Of a DNA stretch of 64,000 bases, positions 46,714 through 61,541 are shown one piece after another (within the stretch, counting starts at the first letter, position 1; every line of letters starts with the position of its first letter). A program made the translations under genes and the position numbers. Under the pieces are notes generated by a model. It was not told where the DNA came from, searched no databases, and was given only the letters and a program-made list of their open reading frames with translations. This DNA is from Tubulanus polymorphus (lineage: Eukaryota; Animalia; Nemertea), in the NCBI RefSeq assembly GCF_964204645.1, contig NC_134034.1, positions 13,033,062-13,097,061 of the forward strand, read 5' to 3'.

Positions 46714-49700
46714 CATTTCTACCTTACCAGTAGCATGGACGTATAGACGTATAGTCTAGTTAATAATAGTTAGTAGTAACATCCGAGCAGCTACTAATTT
46801 TAGGCACTCAGGAGTTATCGATAATCTTATTGAAATTATTGAAAATTTGCCGTGGAGTTCGTTCGTTCACCGCTACTTGTGGAAGTTTTATTACGTGTGT
46901 TTAGGAATCAAAAGTTCAAGGGGGTTATATATAAACTGTTTATGTCATCGATCGAGTCGTAAATATTTTATTCGTTAGTTTCAGTGCGAATGCACCGAAT
47001 TTGGCAACGGTCTCTTTAATGGCGCATTTACAACTGACCTAAAAGTACTCATCGTAGACTAGATATTGATATTATTGCGGTTGTGGTGTAACAACGCGTT
47101 GCAGGTCAAATCAAACCGGTTTACCATTCATTCGAACTTTATTTATTTTTTTTAAAGAAAAAGTTTTTTTCTCGTTTAGCCTCGTTGAAATATATTACGA
47201 TCCTTTATATGTCCGATGCTATGAATTCTACCGCGTTGATTGTGTCTATAGTCGCGATCACACGAGCGTTTCGGGGCCATAAATGTCGCACCAGGCTTGA
47301 GAGCAAAATTTTCAAACGGCCCCGGTAATGATTCACTTCGCCGCTTTGTGAATGCGCTTTTTAATTAGGTACAGGCTAAAAATCCATGTGGGGGGATGGG
47401 GGTGCTTAACCCAGTGTATGTATTTCATTTAGATTTTAGGCTGAGTGAATTATTAGAAGGTTCATTGACCCAGGCCAAATAGGCGCGGATCAGGCCCGAG
47501 TCATATTTGACCCGTGTCTAATTAGAGAGCGCGTGCGTTCACAGGTAAACCACTTAACAATGATCCAACAAAGTGAAGTGAATCATTTCCAGATTCTATT
47601 TGAAGTAAACAAGTTGCCATTCACGCACAATAATTTGACCAGTCCAATAATTCAGCCTGGTCCGACGTTCGTGGCCGGGCCAAAAACGCTCAACGAGATC
47701 GCTGCTTAAAGATATAGATCAAAAACGAACGCGGTCGTATTTATGAAGATTTCACCGCCGGTTGTTTACGTCCGCTAAATTGCGCGATTATCGCGATTCT
47801 TGATTTCGAATAATGATATCGTCGCGATAATCGATATTCGCCGCCCCCATATCTTATCAGATCGGTGTTTTTCGTTTATCAGAGATTTTAATCGGTGACC
47901 GAGCGCGCGTTTATTGCGTAGTAGTTCTACCACCGGGGGGGTTTTAGTTCTGAAATCCTCTTGTTCGTAAAAAAGAGATAAACGAAAAAAATATCGTCGT
48001 TTGTTTTGTACAGGATCAATTATGCACGCGTGCATGAATGAGCAGGTTTTTTGTCAAGGGACGACGGCTTCGGTAGAGATTTGTATACCTTACTGTAGAG
48101 TGTTGTATCGTCGCGTCGTAAAGCTCGCCTATTCAGGCAGTTCGATAAAATCGGCATTTCTTCTACTGTGATCGGTTGGTATTCGTGATCCGATCAATTG
48201 CGAGTTTCCAAGCGATAAAGATCGCGAGGAATATTGAGATTCCGAGATTCGCGGCGTCTTCGGAAATCAGGCGTCAGGCGTCGCTAGAAACTGTGGAAAA
48301 AATTGCGGCGAGTCTGATAAATTCTGGAAGTTGCTTAAACTTTGTTTCGAAAAATCTACGATAGGCCGTGGTGCTCGCTATTGGGGAGAAATCGCGAATG
48401 GATTTTTCGGACTCAAGTCGTCATCCTGGGAAATTGCTTCGGACTTGTCTCTCCAGTTTCAACTTAGGCTAAATTCAAACAGTTTTGTTTTGTTATCAGA
48501 ATTGATAAAATTTGAGGTACGCGAGTGAACATGAATTTCATGTTAAATGCCTAAATCTTTTGTGAAATAGAAAATGCCGGAAACTCGGTCTTTGATTGCA
48601 GTCGAAAGCGCTGACTTTTAAACTGCGAAAAGTGCTGCTGAATTTTGCCGATTTTCGATGTTTCTATCGCGATTAAATCGCGTACAGTTAACGCCTGATT
48701 GCATGTAGGAATACGAGAGGCGCGTCTCGTTTGTTTTTTCGGCGTAGATTAGAATCATGAAATCGAACGGATATCGGTCGATTTGGTGGCGAAAGATTTC
48801 AGGTCGGTCGCATTTTTACGATTGAAATTTCAATTTAGGAAAAAAATGGGGTCTTTTTCAATACGGGCTTTGGATGTTTCAAGCTCTTTCCGCAATTAAC
48901 TTTAAAATCAATGAAATTCGAAGGTGTTTACTTGTAAGGTTAAAATGGTTGAAATTTGAAATTTTTTTGTTAAATTTTATTTTGAAATTTAGATTTTTAG
49001 AACGAAATTTTTCAAGTTGAAATTTGCAAAACTTTTCTCAGTTAATCGCTGAAAATTTTGTCGACTAAGATTCTCGTTGAAATTTAGAATTGTGAAAAAA
49101 TTGCAATTTACCCTTTGTTGCTTGCAGCAGAAAAGTTTTGAAATGAAACTTCAACCGGGGAAATAAACTAATTTTCTTTTTGTGTGTTCATGCCAAGTTT
49201 GTAATTTCGCAAAAGAAAAAGTGCATGTTTGATCGTGGCTATAGTTTTGGAAAATTTTGTTAGAAAACCCAAATATTTGAAGTAAACTTGCTTTATTTGT
49301 TGTTCCTGTATTATTTCAGATGTGAGTCCGCAAAAACAAGCGTTCATCCGAAAACATAATCTACAACAAATAAAAGAAAAAGCGCAGGTAGGAGGTGTTC
49401 TTAAATCTGGGTCCTACGGGGGATACGTGCGTATACTTCAACAACCGGCAAAGATCACTAATTTTGGATACCAAATCGCACTTTCAACTATCTCAGACAA
49501 AAACGAAATCAGTTTTCTGATTTTCTAATTTCCCATCTTTAGCTCGGACTTTGCTTACCTCTGACTGATTTTGTTGGTCCCAGTTTGTCCGATTTTGGCA
49601 TTATGATTATCAAGACTATTACGATTATTGAATGTCGGCCATCTTGTCCATATGGCTGCCATGCGGCCGTATTGAATTTTTCTAATTTCTTAAATTCGGG

Positions 49701-52700
49701 ACAAACATTGAATTGCTATACTGAATACGTTTTCATAATGAATATCAAAACTACAATTGTCTCGTAATGTCGGCCATCTTACCTATATGGCTGCCATGCG
49801 GCCGTATTGAATTTTGCATTGTCGCGTTCGTATTTCAGAAATGTAGACGAGAACTGTGCGAACAGTTGAGCGGTAATTTCACGGAACTCGTCGACGAGAT
49901 TATCACGCAAGTCGAGGATATCGAAGAGACGCGCGATGCCGCTGGTGCCGAACGACGGCGTAAACGAGGCAAAAACGGCGAACTTCCCGATAAGGAATTC
50001 GTATCGCGGCAATCTATACTGACGTACGTTTTTAGTATTCAATTTTACTTTAAGATTCTACTTGTGTCGCGTCGTTAGACATATTTAATTGAAAATGAAC
50101 TACAAACGTCGGATATTAGACATTTTATCAGCACACTTTCAAAAACTGATCGTCCACACTTCACATGTGTTCAGTGCTTCACCTGAGATATTTTCAATTG
50201 AAAATGAACTACAAACAACAGACATTAGATATTTCATAAGTTTCTTGAATGTGTGCTGATAAAATCTTAGAACTTCGGAACTTTATCCGTAGACATTATC
50301 GCGAATCAACTATCCTACGTGAACTGAATATTTAACGAAGTAACGGTTAATTAGGATTTCGGGTTTTAATTGTTTTCACCCTCGATTAATTGTTTATTTT
50401 ATTAATTGTTTTTTGTTTTTCTATTCTCAGCGAGCTGCTCGAAATTGATCATATACGAACGATATATCACATCTTCGTCGCGATTCTGATCGTTTTCTCT
50501 CTGAACACGGTCGTCTACGACATCTTTGAAAACGGTCTGAAGTAAGTATTCGATGAAACGTCTCGTGTTGCCTCGCCGTGTGACGTGTTTCGTTCCGCGT
50601 GATTTTATCGGTAATCTATAATAATAATAATAATAATGAATTTTTAAATTCGTACAGCTAAGTACAACGCTCATTGAGCAGAACAAAAAAATATACAATA
50701 TACAAATTATAACCTGATGAAAAAGTACATAGCATAAGTATAGTAAATCAGTATAAATATATGATATAAAATTGCCAGCACAGCACTTTTTAGTGAAATG
50801 ATTTCACTGTTCGTAAATTGAAAATTTGGGTCATTCTTAATTTCAAGTAATGGTGGCTGATTCGATAAAACTGTGTTTTATCATGCATTAAACTTTTTTC
50901 GCGTTTTATCGCGGTGATTTTCATTTTTACCCCCCCCCCCCCCTCCGGTCTTTTTTGTTGTGTGGGGCGATACGACGAAAAGAATTCGTAATTTTAGGCG
51001 TTCATTAAAAATTGCAATGCGTGTGACTTTTTTAAGTTTATTTTTACATGGCCCGAATCAGCTACTAAAGTAATCAGTTGATATCGTTATATTAGGGTCA
51101 CCTAACCTGGACAACTCGGAAAACTCTAGAAATCTATCATAAATTTCGATGTTTTCTTGTATTTTTCAGACCGGACCTGTTTAATTTCGAAGTGATTGTT
51201 TGGGGTTTCGGTAAATTGCCGATAGTGATGACGATATGGGTGTGTATGCTTCTGGCTAATACTGTAGTATTGTATCCGCTATTCCAACATTGGGCATGGA
51301 ACCGACCGAAGAAAGTTGGTATGTTCTATTTTTCAAAGGCTCGTAACGTGAATGAATACTATGATTGCACTTGGTTGATCCTCACTTGCTGCAAGTGGAA
51401 TCCTCTATTGCCACGGTAGTTGATGTCCTACAGCATACTAGCGACACCTGGTGGATCCTCACTTGCTGCAAGTGGAATCCTCTATTGCCACGGTAGTTGA
51501 TGTCCTACAGCATACTAGTGCCACCTGGTGGATCCTCACTTGCCGCAAGTGGAATCCTCTATTGCCACGGTAGTTGATGTCCTACAGCACACTAGCGACA
51601 CCTGGTGGATCCTCACTTGCCGCAAGTGGCATCCTCTATTGCCACAGTAGTTGATGTCCTACAGCACACTAGCGACACTTGGTGGATCCTCACTTGCTGC
51701 AAGTGGAATCCTCTATTGCCACGGTAGTTGATGTCCTACAGCATACTAGCGACACCTGGTGGATCCTCACTTGCTGCAAGTGGAATCCTCTATTGCCACG
51801 GTAGTTGATGTCCTACAGCACACTAGCGACACCTGGTGGATCCTCACTTGCCGCAAGTGGAATCCTCTATTGCCACGGTAGTTGATGTCCTACAGCACAC
51901 TAGCGACACCTGGTGGATCCTCACTTGCCACAAGTGGAATCCTCTATTGCCACGGTAGTTGATGTCCTACAGCACACTAGCGACACCTGGATCCTCACTT
52001 GCTGCAAGTGGCATCCTCTATTGCCACGGTAGTTGTATCCTACTGCTCTCCTCGCTAGCGACACCTGGTGGATCCTCACTTGCCACGCGAGAGATACCCT
52101 CGCTTGCCGCAGTGTTGTTGCCAATTCCTCTCCGAGTTTGGGAAGGAACTGCAACCCTATCACCCCTGGCGTTGGTGCCTCAGAGAGGGTATCATTGATA
52201 CTGATTTCTGAAGAAACGATGTGCATTGTTATATTTTAGGTTACTATGACTACGTGTATTTGGCTCTTTACATCGCGTATATTTTGGCGTTTTTGATTCT
52301 TCCCGTGATCACGTCATTTCAACATCAACTGCCGATTGCGTCGAAACTGATCGCCATTCTTGAACAGGTTAGCTAGAGTGGATACTAATCAAGCATTCTA
52401 AAAATTCTGAAAACTATGACCGGTGATGTGTGTCGAGAAGTGTCCGTCAAAATAGCTGAGAATTTATGCACAAACTTTGTTCAAGTATAAGAAAGTTTAT
52501 TTTCATCTGTTATTTTGTCGTGAAAAATGCCGATATTGTCAGGATAGGAAAAAGTGAAAATTCCAGAGTTCATCAATCTGGCCCCTGGGTCGAGTTAAGT
52601 TATTGGTAAAGTTTCTCTAATGCGCTGCTTTAATGATTTAATGTTTCATTCGTAGGTTCGTTTGATAATGAAAGCTCACGCGTTCGTAAGATACAACATT

Positions 52701-55700
52701 CCACGAGCGATCAACTATAAACCAAAATCTGGTACGTATTCCCGTGGGCCGAGCTGCGCTTTTTCTAACGCGATGTATTCTGCAGAATTAATAGAATTTC
52801 GACAAAAAATGACTAAGTAAAAACTGGGTTTTATAACTGAGTTTGATAAACTATCGGTTAGATTTTCCGGTGCCCAGTTCCACAGTTTTGAGTTAGAGTT
52901 TACTCTGAGTTAGATTTAGTTCATTTTCGATGGGTTAACTCAGAGTTAAATCTGAACTCTGAACTGCGGAACTGGATCCTGAAGTTTGTCGTAACCAGGT
53001 TCCTGTGTATATTAAGAACTATATTGAACTATCGGTTATAATGAACAGATTTTCTGGTCTCTTGAAGCTCGTTGTAATGAGGGTCCACTGAATCAGTTAT
53101 ATCGCGAACAGATTTCCTAGTGCACTGAAGTTTCTAGTGGATTAAAACTGTAAAGTGCTGTTTTATTTGTAGATGACGATGTTGAAGATGTCGGTGGACC
53201 GTGTCCAGATTTCTCGAAATATCTCTATTTCCTGTTCGCGCCGACTTTAGTCTACAGAAACAGTTACCCGAGGTTCGTTTTTCAATCAAAATTTGATTAT
53301 TAAAATCAAAATTTAATTCATTCAATGATTCATATTTTTTTTGATTTTCAAATTTCCAAAACATCTTTTATTCGATTTCAAATTATATCTCAGATTTTAG
53401 AAATGAAATACGAACTTACCTCTTACTTTGTATCTACATTTTCAAAATTTCTAATTTTCCGATTCTAAATTTAATTAATTTTTTTTTTAAGATTTGAATT
53501 TTTTTATCTCCGATTCTTTTTCTCACTCGTAGAACTCCGACGGTACGATGGAACTACGTGATCAGTAATCTGTTGCAAGTCGTCGCGTGTCTGTTCTACA
53601 TTCACTACATATTCGCGCGGTTTTGTATACCAGTGTTCCAGAATTTCAACAGCAGTTCGATCAACGCGCGTAAAATGGTACTCGGCATGTTCGGTTGTAT
53701 GCTTCCCGGGACCCTCGTGCTGTTTACCGGTAATTGAAACCGTTTGTTATTTCACAAACTCTAAATCTTCCTTTTAACCCTTTCAGTGCGGTGTATAAAT
53801 CAGTGACAGATTTTGCTAGTACACCGCAGTGCGGTGTATTGATGTAATTAGTATTAATCTCTCTTCGAACAATGGCAGCACCTGTCAAACATAGTGAAAT
53901 ACTTGTAACTAACGATACACCGCACCGCAGTGTAGACGCACTATAGTGGAATTCCCGTTATTCAACACACGAGGGTGGAATTTCTCAAAATTTTCAAATT
54001 ATCTCCAGCACTATAGGGTATTGATTAGTCAGCACTGAAAGGGAAAAGCTTAAAATGATTCTAAAACAGTGGAATACTAGTAACTAACGATACACCGCGC
54101 CGCAGTGTAGACACACTATAGTGGTATTCCCGTTATTCAACACACGGGTGGAATTTTTGAAAATTTTCAAATTATCACGAGCACTAAAGGGTATTATTAA
54201 GTCAGCACTGAAAGGGTTAATACCAAATTGAAAACATGAATCGTTTACAAATCATCGTCGATCGTATGTTTGCAGGTTTTTTCGCGTTGTTGCACTCGTG
54301 GTTGAACGCGTTCGCCGAGATGTTGAGATTCGGCGATCGTCTGTTTTATAAAGACTGGTGGAATTCGTCGTCGTTCTCGAACTATTACCGAACGTGGAAC
54401 GTCGTCGTTCACGACTGGCTTTACAGCTACGTTTATAAAGACGTCGACTACGTGAGTATGAGTAACCCCCGCTGCGATTCGAACTCGATACAGAGTCGAA
54501 ATGTGACCGGCAGGGTCTAATGTCCATTTATTAATGGATGAGAACTGTCTTTCTGGGATATTTTGCTTACCTTTTGAGGTACATACCTTATTTATGTCTT
54601 AACAGAATGCCAAAAATCGCGGACAACAACTGCATATCCGATATTATTCTACGCCACCCTGATTTAGTTGTTGAAACCCACAAGAAAAATGACTTCATTT
54701 CGTAGGCATGGTGACAATTTTCAAATTCAAGAAATTTCACAAAATGGAGGATTTTCTCTCCTATTCAACTGAATTAAAGGAGACTTTTTGCCAATCCTTC
54801 TAATTGGTACAGAACTGGAATAATATCGGATATTCAGTTGTTGTCCACGATTATTGGCATTCTGTTAAGACCTAAATGAGGTATATACCCTAAAAAGAAA
54901 GTGAAATATCCCAGAGAAACCGGTCTCATCCATTAATAAATGGACATTAGATTTAACTGTTAGAGACTGATATTAATCGCAGTATGTCAGAGTTAATGAA
55001 CAAAACCCACAGTTGCTGATTTAACAATTTGACAGTTTCAAAGTTTTAACAAAACTTCACCGACCCATCAGAGAAATGAAAATAACAAAATAATGACATA
55101 CAGTAATTTAAAGATATCGACTTTTCTAAGGAAGAATAGGGACAGAATATTGACTGTCATGTAGATTATTCTTTATTGTATGGTAGTTACGGTATTGTAT
55201 TTCTATAACTGGTACTGTATTTAAAATGTAGTATATATATATATTTGTAGTTGATGAAAGGCCGATGTCGAGCTTTATCGATGGCTGCTGTATTCGGTTT
55301 ATCGGCATTTGTTCATGAATACGTGATTTGCGTCGCGTGCGGATTTTTCTATCCTATTCTGTTCGTCATGTTTGGTGGAGTCGGGTGTAAGTATTCGAGA
55401 AAAAAAACTCTACCAAGTTCGCCTATTATTTGACCGCGTTGCTGCAAAGTGCTTCAGTTCATGAAGGAATTAGATATTTTCGTAAAAGCGTGCACAGGGG
55501 AAAACGCGTCTAGAAAAGAATGAATTTCTTGAGTTAGGGCTTGTTTTAAAAAAAGGATCAAATTTCTTTGAGTTTAATTCTTGGGGCCAGTTGCATAGTC
55601 ATGACTTAGACTTAAGACCAATCTAAGACCAACTTCGTTCTGTAGCCAATCTAATGACTTAAGACCAGTCTTAAGATTTAAGACCACTTTTGGACTTAGT

Positions 55701-56682
55701 TAGTACGGAAAACTTATTTCATTTTATCCATAAAAGCGATACCAATAGTTACTGTATTACGCATAAGAGTTTTTTATCGGTATCTCTTCTATGCGTACGT
55801 CGATAGCTGAACTCCCTTCCTGAAGATTTATTTCATTTTTATCGTCGTTCTATTGCAGTCGGTTTAGCGTTCATTAGCGATAAAGCTAACAGACGTATCG
55901 GGAACATTATGATGTGGGTAATGTTATTCTCCGGAACCGGAACATTGTTTGCCCTATATTCCATGGAGTGGTACGCTCGGCGGAACTGTCCGGCTATTTC
56001 TGTAAGTAGTGCGTCGTTGTAGGCATTTATTTTCTGCAGGCGACACAATTTAATACTACCCTTTTCAGATATTCAGGATTGTGTGAAATGTGTACGATCA
56101 GTCTTTGAAATTTTGCTGATAAAATGTCAGATGCCTGGGGTTATATCTATCGATAATGTCTCAGATGAAGTACTACTGAACGCATGTTACGCGTAAATGA
56201 TCAGTTTTCCATCAGTAAGCTGATATAATGTCTCATGTCTAGTGTTTCGAGTTCATTTTCAATCAGAAATGTCTCAGATGAAGCACTGAACACATGTGAA
56301 GTGTGGACGATCAGTTTTTGAAAGTGTGCTGATAAAATGTCTAATGTCTGGTGTTTGTAGTTCATTTTCAATCAAAAATGTCTCAGGTGAAGTACTGAAC
56401 ACATGTGAAGTGTGGACGATCAGTTTTTGAAAGTGTGCTGATAAAATGTCTAATGTCTGGTGTTTGCAGTTCATTTTCAATCAAAAATGTCTCGGGTGAA
56501 ATCCCGAACACCTTTGAAATGTGGACGATCAGTTTTTGAAAGTGTTCCGATAAAATGCTTTTTACGGCGTCAGAATACGGAGTTAACGTTGAATGTATTC
56601 GGTATTCTCTTCTTTTCAGGATAATTGGTTATTGAACGAGTTGATTCCGCATTCGTGGTTTTGCGGCGTGAAATTCAACTGA
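42496..56682 (+). CDS. SOAT1: Sterol O-acyltransferase (ACAT/SOAT, MBOAT family)
   Basis: Exons about 42496-42535 (or -42553), 43925-43957, 49320-49387, 49839-50023, 50431-50541, 51170-51318, 52240-52367, 52656-52731, 53173-53272, 53533-53729, 54276-54451, 55251-55386, 55859-56001, 56620-56682. Motifs [81 protein letters not shown]. The first two exons are less certain. Confidence 0.93.
43417..43897. mobile_element. Non-autonomous element with GTGGCTA..TAGCCAC inverted ends, (TTAGGG)n patch, degenerate tRNA-like segment (about 43524-43595) and 27-bp subterminal repeats
   Basis: gtggctattcatacgg vs ccgtacgggtagccac; gggttagggttaggg at about 43465; tggtctagtggtatgat A-box; tccagagtaatccccgtacgggtagcc repeats at 43710-43895. 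Confidence 0.5.
44240..45410. repeat. 77-bp satellite, about 15 copies, each with a Pol III B-box-like GGTTCAAATCC (SOAT intron)
   Basis: Unit starts at 44341, 44418, 44495, and so on. Confidence 0.95.
46618..46707. repeat. (TA)n microsatellite
   Basis: Direct reading of the sequence. Confidence 0.98.
51377..52090. repeat. 77-bp satellite, about 9 copies (SOAT intron), unrelated in sequence to the 44.2 kb array
   Basis: gatcctcacttgc... unit starts at 51377, 51454, 51531, and so on. Confidence 0.95.
53774..54220. mobile_element. piggyBac-like non-autonomous element with internal duplication; diverged relative at about 57000-57520
   Basis: TTAA-CCCTTTCAGTGC...GCACTGAAAGGG-TTAA. Confidence 0.8.
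54517..54951. mobile_element. Foldback/MITE with about 130-bp imperfect terminal inverted repeats
   Basis: tctaatgtccatttattaatggatgaga...tctcatccattaataaatggacattaga; the inner arms also pair. Confidence 0.8.
56070..56560. repeat. About 119-bp tandem repeat; inverted copy at about 50085-50240; related segments in the first introns of the peptide genes
   Basis: ctgaacacatgtgaagtgtggacgatcagtttttgaaagtgtgctgataaaatgtc...gttcattttcaat units. Confidence 0.8.
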
Positions 56683-57740
56683 AGTCGAACAACGGATCCT
56701 TTCCCTCCACCATTTTCTACTTCCCGATTCAATCGACTCATCATCTTCATCCTCCTTCTTCTAGTAAATTGAATCGTTGAATTGAATCCGTTTGTGTAAA
56801 TAGAAAATTCAACAGACTGCTGAAAACGTATGATTGATCGTCGTCGAGTCACTAAAATCTGCCGATTTCAATCATGTGCACAAAAAAAAACTCGGGAGCT
56901 TAAAATCTTATTCGAACGTTCTATTATCTTGATGCATGTACAAATTATACTATGTCAATAATCTTGATCCAATTCGGCGGTTCATCGTTGGAATTTGACT
57001 CTTAGTATTAACACTTTCCGTGCGTCTACACCACAGTGCCGTGTATAAATTGGTGAGGGGCTTCACTAGTACATCGCATCGCAGTGTATTTTGATTTGAT
57101 ATATAATTAGTTATTATAAACCTTTCAGTGCATCCACACTGCAGTGTAGTGTATAAATTGCCGATGAATTTCACTAGTACATCACATGGCAGTGTATTTG
57201 ATATGATAAGTAATTAGTTATTACAACCGATTCATTGTGTCTACACTGTAGTGCAGTGTATATAATGCCGATGAACTTTGCGAGTACACTGTGTCGTGGG
57301 GTATCTATGCAATAGGGTATTAGTTATCATCTCTATTTTAAGATGGCAGCACCTGTCAGACATTATGCAGTATCTGTAACGAACAATACATCGCACCGCA
57401 ATGTAGATTGCGCTTTAGTGGTACGTCCTTTATACATCCCACTGTGGTTAAATTTTTCAAAATTTTCAAATTATCTCCAGCACCTTGGGTTAATAATTAG
57501 TCAGCGTTGAAATAGGGTTAATAGACATTCGGTATGAACTAATAAACCAGAGTCAAACTTCAACAAAATCCATCGGAATCGCTCTCAAGTCCTCTGTGTA
57601 TCGACTATAATTATGTTCTCTATAATCTTTTGTATTTTTGAATTATTTCCGAACGAATTTGTGTAAAAAGATTTTTTGATTCTGTCAACATTTTGCGTTG
57701 CACTTTCGTATGAAAATAGTGACTTCAAAGAAATCCATTA

Positions 57741-57862
57741 CAGGGGTCAGTTGCTCAAAAGTTGGTTAAAGATGACCGGCCGATGAATACCATAGTAACA
57801 ATGAACCTTTAATTGTCACTATGCCAACTATCCACTGGTTAACTCTAACCAACTGGCCCCTG
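57741..57862. mobile_element. MITE flanked by TA (Tc1/mariner-like ends)
   Basis: TA-CAGGGGTCAGTTG...CAACTGGCCCCTG-TA. Confidence 0.75.
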
Positions 57863-58659
57863 TACGTCACAAGTTTTTTTTCGGTTTGGGAAAGAATGGG
57901 CAGTGTATGTGTCGTCAGTTTTAAGTCTCGACGGGATTAGGTTTAAGGCGTTACGATAAAGATTAATAAGAATATTTTCTCTACGAGAGAAAATTCTATG
58001 TAAATTCGGTACCTCATACAGTAGACCCCTCGAATCCAAGCTCAGGTTCATTTTATACATTAGTGTACAGACAAATATTACGATTAATCTGGATTTCTCA
58101 TAAACCAGATTTGGGTCGTAAATTCCGTAGAGGGACCGTAGATATTTCGCCGAGTTCTGAATCTGAGAACTACGGCGGTTGATTCGGGCCACGGTAAAAA
58201 GTAGCATCGGGACCGTAAATAACTGTTGAGAATCGGGGAAATTACGAATGGTTTTTAGTAGAATTGACCTTAGCTTGAGTGCTTTACCTCAAGGGATAGG
58301 AAGGAGTCTACCGTGTATGTTTTAATAGTCATTCAAGTGTGAAACGTTTTTGCAGTGAAATGTGACGCTATTTTTCTAAGAAAAATAATTATATAGTAAT
58401 CGTTGATTCGCGTTATGGTGAATCGATCGTTAAGTATTGGGAAATTTGTATTTGAAAAAAAAAATGTTGAACATTTGTTGTTTAAGGTGCTAAAGTTGTA
58501 TTGATATTATAGCAGGGACCTTATTTTCGTAGACTAGAAAATCCTATGAGCTTAAGGATCACTTTGAATCATTGAACTCATTGAGAATGAGAAAGTTTGT
58601 CGTACGGAAATTAATAATAATTTTACTGAATCGTTGAATTCACTGGTCTTTGGAAATGG

Positions 58660-59127
58660 TTGAGAACAGGTCTTAAGTTGTTAGATTGGTTTTAGAACTA
58701 AAATCAGCTTAGACTTGCCTAAAGTTGAACTAAAATGAATTTAGACTAGTCATGAGTTGTAAGATTGGTTATGGAACCAGAATGAACTTAAACTAGTTTT
58801 AAGTTGTTTGTTTGATCGGTTATAGAACCAAAATGAATTTTGACTGGTTTTAAGTTGTGATATTGGTTATAGAACCAAACTGAGTTTTGACTGGTCAATC
58901 TACCAGTCGGTAGATTGGTTGCAGAACCAGAAACAATGAGCTTAAACTGGTCTTAAGTTGTTAGATTGATAGGTTATAGAGCCAGAATGAGCTTAGACTG
59001 GTCTCAAGCTGCTAAGTTGGTTATAGAATGGTCGAAGACCGGTTCTAAGTTCATAGCTTGGCTACAGAACCAAAATCAGCTTAAACTGGTCTGAAATCCC
59101 AAGTCATAATTACGAAACAGGTCCCTG
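58660..59127. repeat. Degenerate tandem expansion of the MITE-internal unit cttagactggtcttaagttgttagattggttatagaac
   Basis: About 10 diverged units; the same unit occurs at 30700-30780, 55610-55690 and 23935-24040. Confidence 0.65.
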
Positions 59128-61541
59128 GGGTTCAAGTTAGTCGATATATTATCACGGTTGCCAGGGTTTGGTGATGATGTACGTTAATTCGTGTAGTATA
59201 AACATTTTCTAGATATTTGAAATAATCTTGTATAATCATCTTATTCTTCATTCCCTCGTACACGGGCAGGAATCGTGTAATTGAAACCTGGAAATTCTCA
59301 CACCTGTCTCATCGTGTATCGTCCAGCGTGACTGGGTTATTATTGGAATGTGATACGCGGAACGATCCAGGGGGACTGTTGGGACTTGTACAAGTTCGTC
59401 AAATGTTTCGAGTGACCTTTTCTATTTAATCAGCAACTTCCCTTTTGGAATGTGACAAATCCTTCAAAATTAGTAGTACACAACATGATATGATATTGCC
59501 TTTTTGACAAGTCTCTCAGAACTGACCTCTGGATCTACCGCTGCATATTTCGGGCGCTTTACTTAATAATCAATCTGTGTGATGAAATGGTAGGTTTAAG
59601 AAAAAGTATGACAATTTATCATCATGACTGTTACGAGTTAAACAAGATAAAACAGGGGGCCAACTACGAGCAAGCGAAGAAATTTGAAATAAAGTTTACA
59701 AGAATCGTATTTGAAATAGTTCGTTTTCTATTTTGTCTTTTATTGTTGCATCGTCGTCGATGATTGAACGTGACTTGGAAAATCTGAAGATCGTGAACTG
59801 AACGCTAGCTCAGGACGACTTATACAACCCGATCCCTTATCGTCGCAACAGTCTGCGATTTGCATATGAATACCTGGCCACATCGCGGTGAATTAGAGGA
59901 TCATCATTCATTCAATTCGACTTTTTCAACCCCCTTTCCCTCAACACAAAATCGGCCATTTTTTAATATACATTAAGCATTACAGTACACAATTGCACTG
60001 ACCCCTCCCCCTCCCCTAATGCGTACGTTATACATGAATGATCTCTTAGCTCTAAGTCGCGAATTCTACTTGTTGGGAACCGTTTCGACGTTGAATGTAC
60101 TTACGATCGCGACGAACTGATCGCAGACCAATCGTAAGCCAAATCGCAAGGATAAACACTTTCTATTCCTACGACCCGATCGTAGCCATCAGTGACCAGT
60201 TACGAATCGAGTGACTCATGTGATGCTCCCTGATTGGCTACGATGACTTATAGACCCGGCGATGATCGAGTTGTTGTAGTCGACCAGGGCCAACTTCGGT
60301 TTTCGCGGCCGGCTAGTCGACTAGTGGTCGGAACTAATAACCGAACGCACCATAGCGCGGAAATGGGAAATGGGTCGGAACTACAGCGACTGTGCTCAAT
60401 CCCGTGGTCGACCATTTCCGGACCATAGTTCCGCCTAACTGACATTCGCTTTTCGTTTAGTTCGACTATAATCGACTAGCTCCGATAATCGAAGTTCGCC
60501 CTGACTCTTTTACGAGTGCACTTTACGACGTTGCGACAAACGAATCGACAGTCGACGGTCACGTGTTTATTACCGGTGTGAACGAGTCGTTTATAGTTGA
60601 CCGGATGCCGGCTACAGTCGTCGACCAATTCGATCGGTTGCGTCAGCATCGGACATAAATTACTTCTCAAATCCCAATTCGATGTTAGTCAGTAACCTGT
60701 CTGTGGTTTAGTTTCACGATCGGATATTTTCACAAACCACTCATCCGATTATAAAAAGCTTACCACCAACGATTAGGTAACTAACTAAATTCGATGTATA
60801 CCGAGCGTTGGTTGCCACCAAAAATCGCCCAAAAAGAAAAATCACGAAATATATATAATATCTATTTATGTGTACATTTATTGACGATTTCCTGATCATA
60901 CAGTAGGCTATATAAGTGCTGGGGCTTCGTGGTTGTTCGCGTGGGTTCCTGTGGATAAGGAAGGACCGATTGAATTGTACCATAACTAGCCCGACTCCCG
61001 TCGCGTAGACAGCGTCGTAACTAGGATTTTAAAGGATCCGAATTGATACACGTGGAACTATATGCCACATATGCTTTACATCGTATTCGCTGTCAAAGCA
61101 ATTGAAATTGCTTGAATGTTCTTTAAAAAGCCTAAGTTCGAAATTCGATGCTCTTTTAGAGCGATGTTTACTGGACCTTTTATGGCGAAACATTTTACGA
61201 AATTTCGGAATGTAAAACAAGAAAATTCGGTACTAAACGATGCGAACGTTGATTCTTAAAAGGGATCGTCCGCACTACCCCCCCCCCCCTCCCCGACCCC
61301 TCTGGTGTGACACCCATGTAGAGTGCGATAGCTCCTAACTAGTCTTGGGTGCGAGATGAGCATAGTTGCATAGTGAGGTGGCTCTTCACTAGTCTGTGTG
61401 GAGTACGTTAGCTCTTTTTGTCTGGAAACTAGGTATACAGACTTTCTCGTATCTTAGGTGGCGTAAACATCAATCCGATGGGGAATTTGGTTTCCAATGC
61501 TACTGCGGCAATCGAGGGTTCATACCGGCCTTTTTGACCAT